A DNA stretch of 63,145 bases, filler included, from Atractiella rhizophila (lineage: Eukaryota): the NCBI GenBank assembly GCA_021432655.1. It is 7 parts of 7 records of this genome, joined end to end, with 100 filler letters (N's around TTAATTAATTAA, not from the genome) between each part and the next. Parts side by side here need not be neighbours in the genome. Positions count along the whole stretch, not along the records: positions 1 to 13,715 come from MU271404.1; 6 more parts are not named here. The stretch is one strand, 5' to 3'. The notes below the pieces were generated by a model. The model was not told the origin of the DNA. It did no database searches and saw nothing but the letters and a program-made list of their open reading frames with translations. Positions 1 to 13,281 of the stretch are shown here, piece after piece. Position 1 is the stretch's first letter. Every line of letters starts with the position of its first letter. A program made the translations under genes and the position numbers.

Positions 1-1900
1 TAGAATAACCAGGCAAAGCGTCTCCAGGATCGACAGTGAGCACGTCGGCTTCGAAGAGGTTGATCTCGCCACCGTTGGACACCACATTCTCCAATATCGT
101 CCTCCTGATGTTCTCCAACTCCACCCTTCGACCCATAAGCAAGATAGCCCCTTGCTTCAATCGCGGCTTGAGGGCGTTCAGACGTCGCTTACACCCCGTC
201 AATGCAGAATCGAGCAAGGTACCCGCGGTCTTGATTCGTCCAATAGCTTCACGCATCTTCTCCTGATACTTCGCCTCCTGTACCATCCCAACCGTCAATC
301 TTCTATTTCAAATGCAGATAGAATAGAAAAAGGGCAAAGGAGGGCACAGAACTTACGCTAGCCGCCGCGTTGAGGAAGATGTCGGTAAAGAAATCACCTC
401 CCGGCGGTTGGATCGGAGGGATGACGATGGGGAAGCTAGGTGAAGCCTGACCAGCCTGACCAACGAGGAGATGAAATTTCATAGCGTGCGCGGAAGCCCT
501 TCCCAAGCGAGAAGCGTCAAAGGTTTCAGCGCGGTTGGCATTGCCGCTTATGACTTCGAATCCGTAGTACGACTTGGCCTTCATTCATGGTCAGCATTGG
601 AGGGATGTGATGGGAGTAGGTTGGAAACGCACCTCTTGTGCGAGCTTGAAACAGTCTAGCCACTCTTTCTCGGCTTTCGTCAGAAGTTCGAGGACGAGAC
701 TTTCGCGGTTCAGCTCACTTTGAGCCTGTAGAACGCAGACACAACACACAAAGAAAACAAGCTGTTGGTGACGATGTTCTAAGAGGGAAAGGAGGGTGGA
801 GGGACGCACGACGTTGTATTCCTGTTGGGCGAGCCGCAGCTGCTCTTCAGCCTCATCTTCTGCCGGGAACTCTGCAATGCGATCCTCAGCTTCTGTTTTC
901 TGACACGGAATGAAAGAAGGAAGGAGGGACGAACCGGGTGTGTCTCCTCCAAAAGCGCGACTGTAAAGCTCCTCGATCTTGTTCCTGATGTCTTCCAACT
1001 CTTCAAGCTTGAGTTGAAGTTCGGCTTCCTGTTTCCGTGTCCCAGAAGCGGTGAGTAAGAATATTGATGTGGACAAGGAGGAGGGGAGGCACCTTGTTCT
1101 TTTCCTCCTTGAGTTCCGTAGCAAGAACTCCATACGCCGCCTTCCCCTCTCTCTCGTTCCTGAATGCCTACATTGTGTATCAGTATCAAATGGACGAGGT
1201 ATTGATGGGGGAGAGGAAAGGACTGACGGCGAGGTACTCCTCTTCTTCCTTAGAGATCTTCTTCTCCAAATTCCCTTTGCCACCAGCCGACAACTTGGCG
1301 AAGAACTGTTTCGTTCCCTTCCTGGACAGCGCCGCAAACTCCTTATATTCCTTCTTCCTATACATAACGCCAAGCCAAGTCAATCAGACTTTGATGTTTA
1401 AAGAAGAGATGGAGGGTGAGACGGACGTTGCCTCCTCCAGCTTATCGATCTCGGTTTGCTTCTCCTCTATATCCTTTCCGAGCTTCTCGATTCGTTCTTG
1501 ACAGGATTTGAGGGCGGGACGGACGTAATCGAGCTGGCACATCATATGTACCAAAGTTTTGTGCTGCACGCGATCTCATCAGTCACTCCTCCTTCCAATT
1601 ATTCGTGAAATCAAATGTAAAGAGGGGTGATGGAATTGAGCTGGAGGAGATGAAGAGGAAACAAAGAATGGATGGAAGGAGAGGAAAGAGGAGACGGACC
1701 TCTTCTGCCGTTTCTGCGAATCGAGTCGTGCTCCCATTGGGATCGATGGGTTCCCTGTCCCTCGCTGGCGAGTGAGGCTGCGATTGAGGAGATTGTGGAG
1801 GGGGTTCCTGAGGGAAGTCTTGCGGAGGAGGTTCCTGGGGTGGTTGAAAGGCATCTTCGTGGGTCGTGCCGCCAGCAGAAAGAGGTGGTGGATCTGCCAT
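1..1900 (-). CDS. Multi-exon hypothetical coiled-coil protein; 3' end runs off the left edge of the window
   Basis: ATG at 1900 (MADPPPLS...). Helical, charged exons (LDYVRPALKSCQERIEKL, FFAKLSAGGKGNLEKKISKEEEEY, LEELYSRAFGGDTP|EFPAEDEAEEQL) are separated by GT-AG introns. No recognised domain. Confidence 0.6.
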
Positions 1901-2276
1901 GTTGTTGAAGCCCTTTGTTGAAGACTTGGTTGATATCTTTTGTTGGGGACCGGTAAGGAAAGGTGGTTTTATGGAAGGGGATAAGGGTCAGGATAAGGGT
2001 AATAACAGGTAATAGCGGAGTGGGAAGGAACAGATCTCGAATGCGATGACCACCATTTCATGACCAACAACCTCAGTACCTTACCAGTAGTCTTCAGAGG
2101 GTCACATTTCGCATCCTTCATACTAGCAGGGCGTAATTATTATCGTGGAGTGGTAGAGACTCAGGGAAACGCTGTCTGAAAGGTGCAAAGGTGAGTGTCA
2201 AATTCGCCATGGGTCTACTTCCACCAACTCCACCGATTCAGCCCACAAAACCATCCAAAGCAGCGTCTAAAGCACG

Positions 2277-4986
2277 ATGTCCCAACCAGTCGCTTCCACG
2301 TCCTATCTCCCTCCGCCGCCCTCCCAAACTGCACCACCAAACCACAACCTCAGCCTCCCAAGCGCCAGCACAACGGCAGAGGGGCACCCATCCCTCGCTT
2401 CACTCCTCCTCCAAACCGCACAAGAGCAAGCTCACCTCCTCCGCTCCTTCCGAGACAACGAAGACGACGCACGCTCCGAAGCCTCCGACGACTCAGAAGG
2501 CGACCCTGCTAAAGATGAGCTCGAAGCCTTCCTCTCCTCCTCCAATGCCAACGGTCCGGAGGCAGCCGTAGGAGCTGGAAGAGGAGGAGGAGGGGCAGGG
2601 ATGAGGATAGAAGCGAGCGATCCGTACCTATCCACTCTGCTCTCCCATCCTCTACCAACCTTGCTCTCCCTCCCCACCACCCTCAAAAGCTCGCTCTCCA
2701 CCCTCTCCACCTCGCTCTCCTCTCTGTCGCACAAATCGTACTCTGTCTTTTTGCGCGCTCACGAGTCAGCCGACAAGCTCGATTCTGGATTGGACGCCCT
2801 CAGACGAAGCGCGGAGCAGGTGAGAGGAAAGACGGTGGAGGATTTGAGGGATGGTGTCAGGCGATTCGTCGGTTCTTCCCTTCCACACGAGAAAGAGAGA
2901 AAGGGGAAAGGGCGTGAGGCATCATCTCAGGAGGAGGAAGATGTAGCTGTAGCGGCGCAGAGAGAGGGAGAGGAGGGAGAGGGAGAGGAAGGGATGGAAC
3001 AGATCCTACGAGAGCGAGATCAGCTCGTGAACCTCAACTCTTCCCTCCTCCCCAAAGTCTTAGACCTGATCTCGCTCCCTTCTCACGTCTCCAATTGCGT
3101 CCGAACAAACCAATGGACCGAAGCTCTCGAACTCTTCGACCTCCTCAAACGTCTCCTCAACACCTATTCCTCCTCTTCAGGACAAGGAGGAGGAAGTGGA
3201 GAAAAGTTGTTGGGAAGCCTTTATGCGCAGACGAAGATTGAGATCTTGGGTCTCAGGAGTCTGGTCGTCGCCACGCTCAGGGAGAGGGGACTCAAGCTAC
3301 CGTCGGCGGTGAGGTGTGTTGGGCTGTTGAGGAGGATGGAAGCTGTGGATGAGTTTTCGTCTAATGACACAAATACCGCTCCCACATCTCTCCTATCACC
3401 TCCTCTGTCCTCCTTCCCATCACTCTCCTCGTTATCGTCGCTTCCGTCGTCCTCGTCGGGAGAGGAGATGGAGAAACAGCTCCGGCTCATCTTCCTCCTC
3501 GCCAGGCTGTCCTGCCTCCACGACCAAGTCGGACAGATCGATTCACAGCTGGAACATCTCGGTGTTCTCGGTGGAGGCGCTGGTGGGAGTGCTGGCATAG
3601 GAGGGGAGGGAGGTGTGGAGGTCGAGAATGAGGAGAGAGTGAAAGGGACGAAGAGGTGGATCGAGGTCTGGAGGGAGGTGGTCGGTGAAGCTTGTGGGAT
3701 GTTCCTGGGCATCTTTCCCCCAAATCCAAATTCGTTCGTCTCCTCGTCATTCATCTCTTCTTCCCTACTCCCCTTCCTCCTGTTTGCGATGCTGAGTTGA
3801 CGATGGGGTGACGTGACAGTCCACTGACAGAGCCGTCAGAAGAAAACCACTCGTTTTCGCTCCCTCCATCTCCATCTCCTCTCCCCCACTTCCTCTCTCA
3901 TACCCTCTCCCTCCTCCATCTCCACCTCTCCACCAACCTCGTCCACCTCTCCTCCGCCTCCACCCTCTCCTCCCTCCTCACCCAACTATCCTACTGCTCC
4001 GACAGCTTCTCCCGTTACGGATTCGCCTTCAAATCCCTCCTCTCCCCCCTCCTCATCGACCGCCTCCGGGAGGTGTTGACGACGAGAATGCGAGAGGGAG
4101 GGAGGACGTTTGTGGATACGTTGAGGTTGAAGAGGGAGGAAGGGGTGAGGAGGCAGCTTTGGAGAAGACATTCGAGGATGGGAAGCAAGGTTTATAATTA
4201 TGAAAGTTACGATTTGAAGGCTCGTCATCACCTTCAAGATTGGCTGATCGCCCCGGATTCGTTAGACAAACTCTTAGCCCTGTCGTCGAACCAGTTGCCC
4301 GGAAAAGAGAGCTTGAAGGACGGATTCACTCATCTCCCTCCTCCGCTGTTGTCCCTCTTCCCCCCACTCGCAAAACTCGTCAACTCCCAAGCTGCAGCCT
4401 TGAACGAACTGCGACTGCTCCCCGCCATTGCACTCAAATCTCAGATAGAGAGCATTCAGAAAGAAATCCTGCGGGAAGCGGCGAGGAGATTTCCAAGTTC
4501 TGGAACGGAGAAGTGGGCGATGGACGCTCCTCTGATGCTGTTGGGGCGAAGGAGGATGGTGGGAAGCAAGAGGAGGAGGAGGAGGGAGGAGATGAAGAGG
4601 AGAGGAGGGAGATGATGGAGGATAAGAAGCGGAAGAGACGGATCGTCTACATCTTCCTCTCCCTATACGCTCGCACAGTCGTCCCTTGGTGTCTATCGGC
4701 CCTCCGCACAGGCATCTATAACGAGCGGCCGTCGTCTGGATGGGAGGGATGGAAGGAGGTGACGGAAGGGTGTGAGGAGATATTGGCGCGGGAGGAGGGA
4801 ACAACGGAGAAGAAGGGGTCCAATGGACTGCCGGTGACGAATGGATCGCATGGGAACGGAATCTTGGAGGGGAAGGAGGAAAAGGAAGCGGCTAAGGCAG
4901 ATGCGGCTAAGGCAGAGCTCAAAAGCAAATATTTGAAAAAAATGGAAGCGTTAAAGGAGGCTGGGAGGGTATCACATGTCGCATAA
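2277..4986 (+). CDS. COG8: Conserved oligomeric Golgi complex subunit 8 (Dor1 family)
   Basis: Dor1-like motifs DPYLSTLLSHPLPTLLSLP, LDLISLPSHVSNCVRTNQWTEAL, LKLPSAVRCVGLLRRM and PPLAKLVN...ALNELR. One intron at ~3735-3820 and an apparent 1-nt frameshift near 4480. Confidence 0.85.
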
Positions 4987-5113
4987 TCATCCATTCTTCA
5001 TTTCGTCGTCAAGAAATCCAATTTTACTCTATTCAGATCGCTCAAATGCTCCGTTGTGTACACCGCAAGGGCAGAACGCAATTCCGGAGAAGTGAGAGGA
5101 ACGGAGAACGATT

Positions 5114-7448
5114 TTACTTCTTGAGCCCGTCCCAGTAATTGTTGCCGTATCCAAAGAACAGCTCACTTCCTGCCTCAATGTTGGTCTCAGCGTAAAATGG
5201 AATGTGAAGCTCTCCTCTGACCACGACAGCTAAACAAGATAACTCGTCAGTCAGACATTGGAATGGAATGGAAAACTAGTACTGTCAGGTTGGACATTGC
5301 TTTTGGCTCCAGTGATCCCATGAGGATCATTGACGAATCGAGTCTTCGTCCCAAATCGAAAGCTGTCAATGATATGGTCTAACGCCGTACGTCAAATGTA
5401 AGAAGGAACGAGTGAAATGCAGCCGAAGACAAACCTGGTCGTTTTGGTCCTCTCCTCTCCTCTGTCACCGACGCCTTTTTGTTCGGCGATTGCTCGTGTG
5501 CATCGAAAAGGTAGGACTGTAAGAATCAGTTCGCATCCTCCCCTAGGATGGAAATAGAAAATTACGGATCCCAATGCATTGTAGTAGCGACTGAAGCCGC
5601 GTAAGTGCATAGCCCAGAACGAGGGATCAATGATCTCACAATCTTCGTCCCTCTTCAGAGGGATTGACCACTTCGCCAGCATAATCTCCAATGAAATCTC
5701 CTAGAGAACTGCTGAGCCATACTCCTACCCTGGGATGCTAAGCCCGCACCTCGTTTTGCCTTCTGAAGAAGTGCAAGCCCAAATCCGTATTTCGAGGCAA
5801 CAATTTTGGTAGACTGGAACCAACAAGTGAATAGTTACTGAGATTCAAAAAAGGTGACAGATACCTTTGACCGCTGTTCCTGAATGGACACATTGCTGCA
5901 TTCGGACGGCCCGTTGATCTCATCGCACCGCTGACAAAGGTCCATATCGCACTCCCTTTTGTTTTGTCGGCATTGGCACGAATCCTCGAAACGACAATTT
6001 GCTCCTCTTGATGTGCAATCACAGCCCCTAAATCGGCGCGGGCCTGTCTCATTGGAACTAGTGAGATACTCGGATTTGTCGACCTGGTAATTGAGAAGCT
6101 TACAGGACGGATCGCACTGGCACCACTTATCGCAGAAGCTATGAACATCATCACATGTGCACTCCGGCCCAAGGCAATCTCCAGGATGGCAGCAAGGCTC
6201 GTACCTCCGTGACATATTAGTCAGGGGGCAGCAAAGCGAATCTCAAGAAAAGGTACCGGCCATTCCAATAGCGAGGGATTTTGATCTGGTACTTTTCTAT
6301 AACTTGCCCAATCTCTTCTACGATATAAGCCTCCGTTTCAGCAACTCTAATCCGGTGAAGGATGTACAAACCTGTGCTTTTGAATGGGACAGACTGCTTA
6401 AATAGCAACACCCTCTTCCTATCCGACATGTGCTGTTCTGCCATCTGTCCATCCTTCCATTTCGCGGGCTCTACTCATTATTCGTTTATTCTGTGCAACT
6501 CCAGAGAAGAGAGAAGACCTACGATGTCCCCGATTACAGTTAAACATGAAGCATCTTGAGCACCATCCAAATGCTGAGTCTTCTTGGTCGAAGACGTTAT
6601 TGGAAAGATTGATAGTGTATTTGCCAGGCAGCCGGAGTTTCATCACACTATGAACCCCGTCAACCAGCTGATGGCAGGAGGGAGCAGGAGAAGTATGACA
6701 GACTGAGCTACGAATGTGATTGAATTCTGGATTTCGTCGTCGGGAGTGAGCACCTCAGCATCTCTTCCCACTTTCCAAACACATCCCCTTCATGCCTCAG
6801 TCTGTGATGCCATTCAGGCAGAATGCCGTCGCAGGCTTTTAGAATTTCGAGTATCGTGGTTCTCTGCGGCTGTAGTTCAGTCTGCTGAGGCCCTTTCAAT
6901 TTCGCTTTGCCTTTGGATTTGGACTTCGCCAAAGTCGACGTGGACTGACGGAGTTCGTTTTCGAGGATTGTTCTGAGATCCTTCTCATCGAGGTCGAAAT
7001 GTCTTAAGATATCAAGAAGAACTCGATAAAGTAACTTGTACCCTTCATTGCCATGGCATATGAGCTCGTTGCCTCAGAGCAAGAAGGGAGAATGTACGCA
7101 CGAGTAATATCTTGGACTCGAACCTTCAGCCGCGCCACTCGAGATTTCATCCATTCCTTCTTCTTCCTCTCTTGCTGACTTGGCACTGGCGAAAATAGAG
7201 GTTCCCTATCAAAAGGCACAGTTTCGCCTTTGAAACTTTCGCTGGCGTATATAACACTTTTATAGCGTTGAGGATAGTAAGTCACTTGCTTCGAGTCGGA
7301 AAGCATCTTCCCCACTGGCGTGATCTCACGCTGCGCATCCAAGCTGGGATCATCGTTCTGTGGTCATATTTTTTGATTAGGCTCGAAGATTGAACGCAGG
7401 AGACTCACGTAAGGATCTGTTTCGTGCGGCGGGAAGCGCAGGAGCCAT
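5114..7448 (-). CDS. Enhancer-of-zeste/EZH2-like SET-domain histone methyltransferase (putative H3K27)
   Basis: Spliced product has WCSRCFMFNC (E(z) CRRCxxxDC-like), a CXC domain (YEPCCHPGDC...FCDKWCQCDPSC|RRFRGCDC...RECDMDLC...CSNVSIQ) and a SET domain (GFGL...FIGDYAGEV, IIDSFRFGTKTRFVND, ELFFGYG). Stop at 5114-5116. Confidence 0.85.
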
Positions 7449-8779
7449 GTTGGTGTTGTTGTTCCAATTTCCTAGTAAGAAATTACACAGAGGGAAAGAA
7501 AAGCCGGTAAACTTACCCGGAAAGTTCTAATTCGTTTTTCTCTCAACTCCGCTTCATACTCCTCAAGTATCTTCTCTGGATCGATGAAGCGATTCTGAAC
7601 CACAGCTGGTCAGTCTCCAAACTCACACACGACTGCAAGGTTCCGTCGCTACCTCTAGGAGAATCATGAATGGAGAAGATACAGGGTAGAATACAGAACC
7701 CTTATCTCCTTGATAATCAACGAAACATTCTGACAGACGCTGAGGATTCGTTGTCCACTGACAGTTGCAAACGCATATCAGTATGCTTACTATGAAAGAA
7801 TCGGATATTATGAAAGGGTTTTTCGAGCATTATGCTGTATAATTGACTGCACATCTACAAGGGACAATTGTGGTCGCAATGCGAATGTGGAGTCCAGAGA
7901 AAGACGTGTGCAAAAGGAGGGACGCTACTAAACAAAAAACGATTTCACATTCGAGTAGGCTAAATCAGACAGAGTACATTCGCTTGTTGGATGGCCAAAA
8001 CAGTACGCTACTGTCGTAATCAGTAACCTCGACTCTGCGTCTCAATCGCTAAAAGGCTCGTCAAATCAAGAGGAAAGCGGAATCGAATTCGATGGTTCAA
8101 ACCTATCGTGCTTTAGTTAAAAACAAATTTACAAACAACTCAATTTATTTACGCTCCAGAGAGGCTTATACTCCCAGTTATCGCAGAAGACTAGGTTCAA
8201 CTCGAACGAACGTCTGCATTACTGTATTTGATGGACGGATCTGCAGATCATTTGACCCATGTTTGTAGAAGTGATATACATAGCCAGTTGAAGATAAAAG
8301 CTGTATATGTGCGGCAAACTCACCTGGGGAGCGTCGCCCATAACCTGTTCCTTGCTACCGCTTCCCCTTGACAATTTACTACCATTTCCCTGCTCACCCT
8401 CAACACCTCTATTCCCCGCTGCGCCCATTTTTGAGCTCTCGGAGTAAGATTCAATCGTTCCCATGCTCCTCGAGGTAGATTTAACAACCATTCTGCAGTT
8501 GTTGGTCCACCTTGTTGTTCACGGAACAGTCACATGACCAAGTGAGGGCTGCTTCAGAGGGATCTTAAGAGGGACGAGGAGGGCCACAGCCAGCAAATAC
8601 TACTTGCGACATTCACACTTGAAACGGGGGATCAATCAGCTAGCTCGTAGAGAAGCATTACCATGGAATGGGACCAGGTGTGACGGCCGCCCTACTGCCT
8701 GCACAGTGCATTCCAAGCTCAGGATCTAGGGGTACTCTTAGGAGCTCTCGAACGCGTTCCTGGCACGTCCATGGCACTC

Positions 8780-9811
8780 CCTCTCCTCCAGCAATCTTCT
8801 CAACGGGTGCTGCCTTCAATTTGAAAGCCAATATGACAGCGACGACGTTCAGCCCAGAGAGTCCCAAGGCGGTAAGGTAAAAAAGAGACCATTGTACTCC
8901 ATGACTGACGAAGGCGGTTCCGACAAGGGGCGAGAGGAACGCTCCCCAGCCGAAGAAACTGTGGGCAAGTCCCATTTTCTATAAACAAAGTCAGTTGTGC
9001 GAGCGAATTGGGACCATGATCTTACGAAGGCCATGTTGGGACATCCAGCGATGTAGGCATTCGCTGCAGCATCCTGCAAAAACATGTCAAATGCAGTCAG
9101 TCGTCAAAGCATAGCAGCGTACTTGAAGAGATAGTCCGTAACCTGCAATGACGCTCCCTAGATGTGCGTCAGCATCCTTCCCGAAGCAGTAAGGAAAGTA
9201 AAAGAACCGAAAACCATGACCCCCATATGAATAGCAGGTGCAATCAAAGCATAAGATAATGTTTGCATCAGAGCGCCAAATGCAATCACCTCCTCTTTGT
9301 GTTAGCTCTCCATCATGGTTTCATGAGGAAATGCACCTTTCCGAGCCCATATCTTCGTGTTCAAGGTCAGCTTCGTTCAGGAATATTCGAGAAACATTAC
9401 CGGTCGGTTAACCACGTATTTGATATCCCACCAAGCACAAATCCTATTGCCTCCCCAACGTAGATGAGTGATGTGACGGTGAATGAGACCTGGCACGACA
9501 TACGTTACATTTTAAGCTGATATAAGGAAAGAACATCTACTACCTTGAAATACGGCTGAATGTAGGGTATCAGCGGGCCAGCTGCAGCTCCATTCCACCT
9601 TCAGTCTTGTTAGTAGTGGATGTCGTTCTCATTTGAAGGCGTACCCAGCGACGATCATCGTAAGATGACATGCCATCTCCTTGAGCAATGCATTATCTGA
9701 CTTCAGGCGTTGCCAAATCTGATGAAAGGGCTTGCTTCTCTCCTTTTCTGCTTTGGTCGGTGAATTTTCAGCAATGTCCACCTCAGTTTGGGTGACCGTG
9801 ACAGTTGACAT
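8780..9811 (-). pseudogene. N-terminal half (about TM1-6) of a fucose-permease/Bsc6-like MFS transporter; C-terminal half absent
   Basis: Spliced exons GWNGAAAGPLIPYIQPYF, WLTDR|YGLGK, GYGLSLQ|DAAANAYIA and GLAHSFFGWGAFLSPLVGTAF. After ...AAPVEKIAGGEG the sequence is non-MFS and reaches a stop. Confidence 0.65.
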
Positions 9812-10244
9812 GTTTTGGTGCGCTTTATTTTCGAAAACGAAAGGATCCGAATCACTCAAAAGATGGAAGGATGCAACTTGGGAAGCTTCTGCGAAGACCA
9901 AAGCCCAAGCTTGAAATATCGAAAATGGTCAAGGCCAGTTCCATGAGTCAGAATCGCCTCCAGGATGAGCTGAAACCACCGCATCGATTTGCAGCCTAAC
10001 GGAAATAAAACTTCTAAAGGAATTGCAATGGAATTGTTGTCTTGGTCATCGCGGGACTGGGACTCAGTCTAAAGAAGCCCGTCATGATACGATATTCGCG
10101 GCGGCAAAATCGTTTTCCAGTTTGGAGGAGGGGGGAGGGGATTCGATTACTGCAAAGTGGCTATGGCTATTATTGCACGTCAGCCTTATAAGAGGTCGGT
10201 ACACTCGTCAAAATCAAAGCATCGAGTCGCTTTAACATCTTATC

Positions 10245-12744
10245 ATGGCTATCAATGGCTCTTGTGACAAAGCGGGAAGGACCTGGCTGGACCTTCGTGA
10301 ACCTGCGTGGGATGGTTTTGATGCCCCCTGCCGAGCCGAAGCGGAAGTCTTTGATTGTATTGTTGATGGGACCATCCCACCCCAAATTGGTGAGATAGCT
10401 CCTCCGTCCAGTCCAATCTCAAATCTAGAACTCATTTCTTTTTTCCAAGATGGTACCTTTTTCAGAGTTGCCCCAGACCCCCAAGTCGTACCCCTCTACC
10501 CTAACGAGGTCAATTTCAATGGCGACGGTATGATTTCTGCCTTCAGATTCAGGAATGGATATGTTGACTTCAAGAACAAATGGTACGAATGCTTTCCCGC
10601 TGAACTATCGGAACTCAAAGGAAAGGCTAGGGTCCGAACAGAGAAATTAGTGAGAGAAAGAAGAGCTAGACATGCTCTCATCGGAAAGGTAGGTACTGAT
10701 CAACAGGTAATTCTGTTGATTGACATGTTCAATGTTACAGTATCGCAATGGGTACACTGATAACCCCTTGGTTGCAAACGCGTTGCGGACGACAGGTACG
10801 ATATTGTTCATAGTGACGGCGCACTGTTTCATCTATGATGGGTAGCCAACACGAATGTAGTCAATCTGTACGTATAAACTTCATTCTTACTCCAACCGTA
10901 CAAATTCGTTGTCCCAGTTACGGACACCTTTTAGCGCTTAAAGAAGATGCATTGCCCTATGAATTGGATCCAAACACTTTGGCTACAAAGGGGGTGTTCA
11001 ACTTCGACGGTCAATATTCTGCTCCAACCTTCACGGTAGCTCTTTCCGTGTGACATGTCGAGCCTTTCTGATATGGTCGTGTTACGGCAGGCACATCCGA
11101 AAACAGACGGCAAAACTGGCGAAACTGTCATGTGAGTCCGTTTGAAACTTATTGCCTGCATTGACCCTTTATATAGGTATGGGTATGAAGTGAAAAGAGA
11201 TGGAACCAAAGACGTCTACTACGCTCTCTTCGACAAGGATTGTCGAAAGATCGAGGAGTTTTACTTTCAGGTATGTCCAAAATATTGGCTCAAAACAGTA
11301 TTTACTTCGCGATACAGTCGCCTTATTGTGGGATCATGCACGACGTCGCCATCACAGATAACTACGTCGTATTCCAAATATATCCACTGGAATGCACGGA
11401 AGAGCGATTGAAGCGTGGTGGAAATCACTGGGTATTCTTTTCTTCTCGTAGTAAGGAGTTGCCCTGATTGATCCTTTTTACCGGACAGGTTTACAACGAA
11501 GAGCTGCCCATGTATCTTGGGTTAATTCCTAAACGTAACCCACAGCTCTCAGACGTGAAGTGGTTCCACTGGGAGAAGAATTACTTTGAGGTATGATGAC
11601 AGCGTTTTGAAACAGTTTTGTTGAATCAATGAAATATCAGGGACATTGGTCGAATTGCTTCGAGAAGGATGGGATGGTCCTCTGCGATATGACTTTGTGA
11701 GAATACTCTGCTTTTGGGCTTTTGAAAAATTGATCAAGGACGCAGGTACAATGGTAACATCATGAACTGGTTGGTACTTGATACTAGGGGGTGGCATACG
11801 AACTCTATTTCATCTTTAGGTGGCCAAACAAGGACGGTAAAGCACCGAAACCTTGGGAGTTGAAAAATTTCTTTGCGCGATTTGTTCTCGACCCTAAGGC
11901 GACAGATCTTCGATTAGCAGATCCGATAAAGGTTTGCGACGTAGCTGGAGAATTCTCAAGAATAGATGACAGATTCCTTGGGCACGACTACACGTTTGTG
12001 CACACGGTGACGAGATGTAGTAATATTGAAACGGGACCAGGTACACTTTTATGGCGGGCATGAACATGAAGCTTCCCTATGATCGGGTGAAGGCTCGAGG
12101 TCGCCCTTTCCCAGGTTTCAACTGTATTGTTCGAGTAAACAATAAAACTGGAGAAGGTACAGTTATTATCATGTCCTTCGTTGCTTGTTGATCGAGCAAA
12201 CAGCGCAACATTGGTGGCCGGGTGACGCAGCTGGAGTTGGCGAAGTCAGTCATTCAAAAGCCTTCACGTCATTGGAAGCTAAGCAAGTGTTCTACAGCCC
12301 AACTTTATTCCCAGATCTCCTGACGCCCCTGAAGGTATGTGAATTTTTAAGCACTTCCGTCGCCTGACTTGCCTGTAGGAGATGGCTTTGTGATCTGTCT
12401 CGTGAATCGGTTTGATACCCACCTGAGTGATTAAGTCGTGCGTTCCGGTTACCTGAATATCCTCCTTTAACGCTTCATAGGTTATCGATACAAACGATTT
12501 CACGAATCACGTCGCACTCGTCAAACTACCTCTGCGGGTTCGAGCTGGCTTGCATGGGAATTTCGTGCCCCGAGAGGAGCTGGCAGACAATGATAAGGAG
12601 CTAGTCGATTTCTCCTGGGTGCCAGCTACGTTTGATGGGGAGGTTGCCGCTGAGATAACTGGTGCACGAATTCCTCTTCGAGGTGCCATGAGTCCCACGT
12701 CAGGTCATATCACAGACGGTGGAATCATGGGTCACCCAATGTGA
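10245..12744 (+). CDS. Carotenoid oxygenase family, lignostilbene/resveratrol cleavage dioxygenase type; one in-frame TAA at 12432-12434
   Basis: About 16 exons. Motifs FNGDG, YRNGYTD...TANT, ALKED, EFSRID and EGDG, plus four His-ligand motifs TAHPK, IMHD, FE|GH and GLHGNF. Confidence 0.9.
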
Positions 12745-13281
12745 ATGGATCGAGGTCTATGCTGGTTGGTTTACTGGTTCCTGATGCAGATAAATGTAAC
12801 AACTCCGTCGTCTGTCAATTTCAAGTGCTCATTCAAAGAAGTATAGACACTAAAGAAGGAAGGCTGAAAAACATCACATCAGCATCCAGTTCCAAAAAAA
12901 TAGGAGCCTGTCTGCGCATCAAAGTTAATTGTCTGACAATTGAATAGGTCCGTAAATCTTAGAACAAAAGAGCCAGACAGAAAGGGTGAAGAACCCGGCT
13001 CAGAGTCGTACGAATAAACCTAAAAATTGCATCGCAAAGACGGATTATACGATAATTAGATGTTATATCGTTCTGCTTTTGAGCGGGACCATGGCGGTGG
13101 CCGGGACCAGGAGAGGAACTTGAGGCTGGATAAGTTGTTGTGGGAAAAGCCAGGGAAATAAACAACAAATTCCATCGCTAGGAAGTATCACAGACACGGA
13201 TTGAAGTAGGAATATCACATCTGTTAACGCTTCCTGTCAACGTCCAACATTTTGTGGCGTGAGGGGACGCACAGAATGAAA

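Noticed and set aside
4470..4490. Programmed frameshifting or pseudogenisation of COG8, PRP3, PNP and TBC
   Set aside because: Each shift is fixed by one base at a short homopolymer, and no common slippery motif is shared; sequencing error is more parsimonious.
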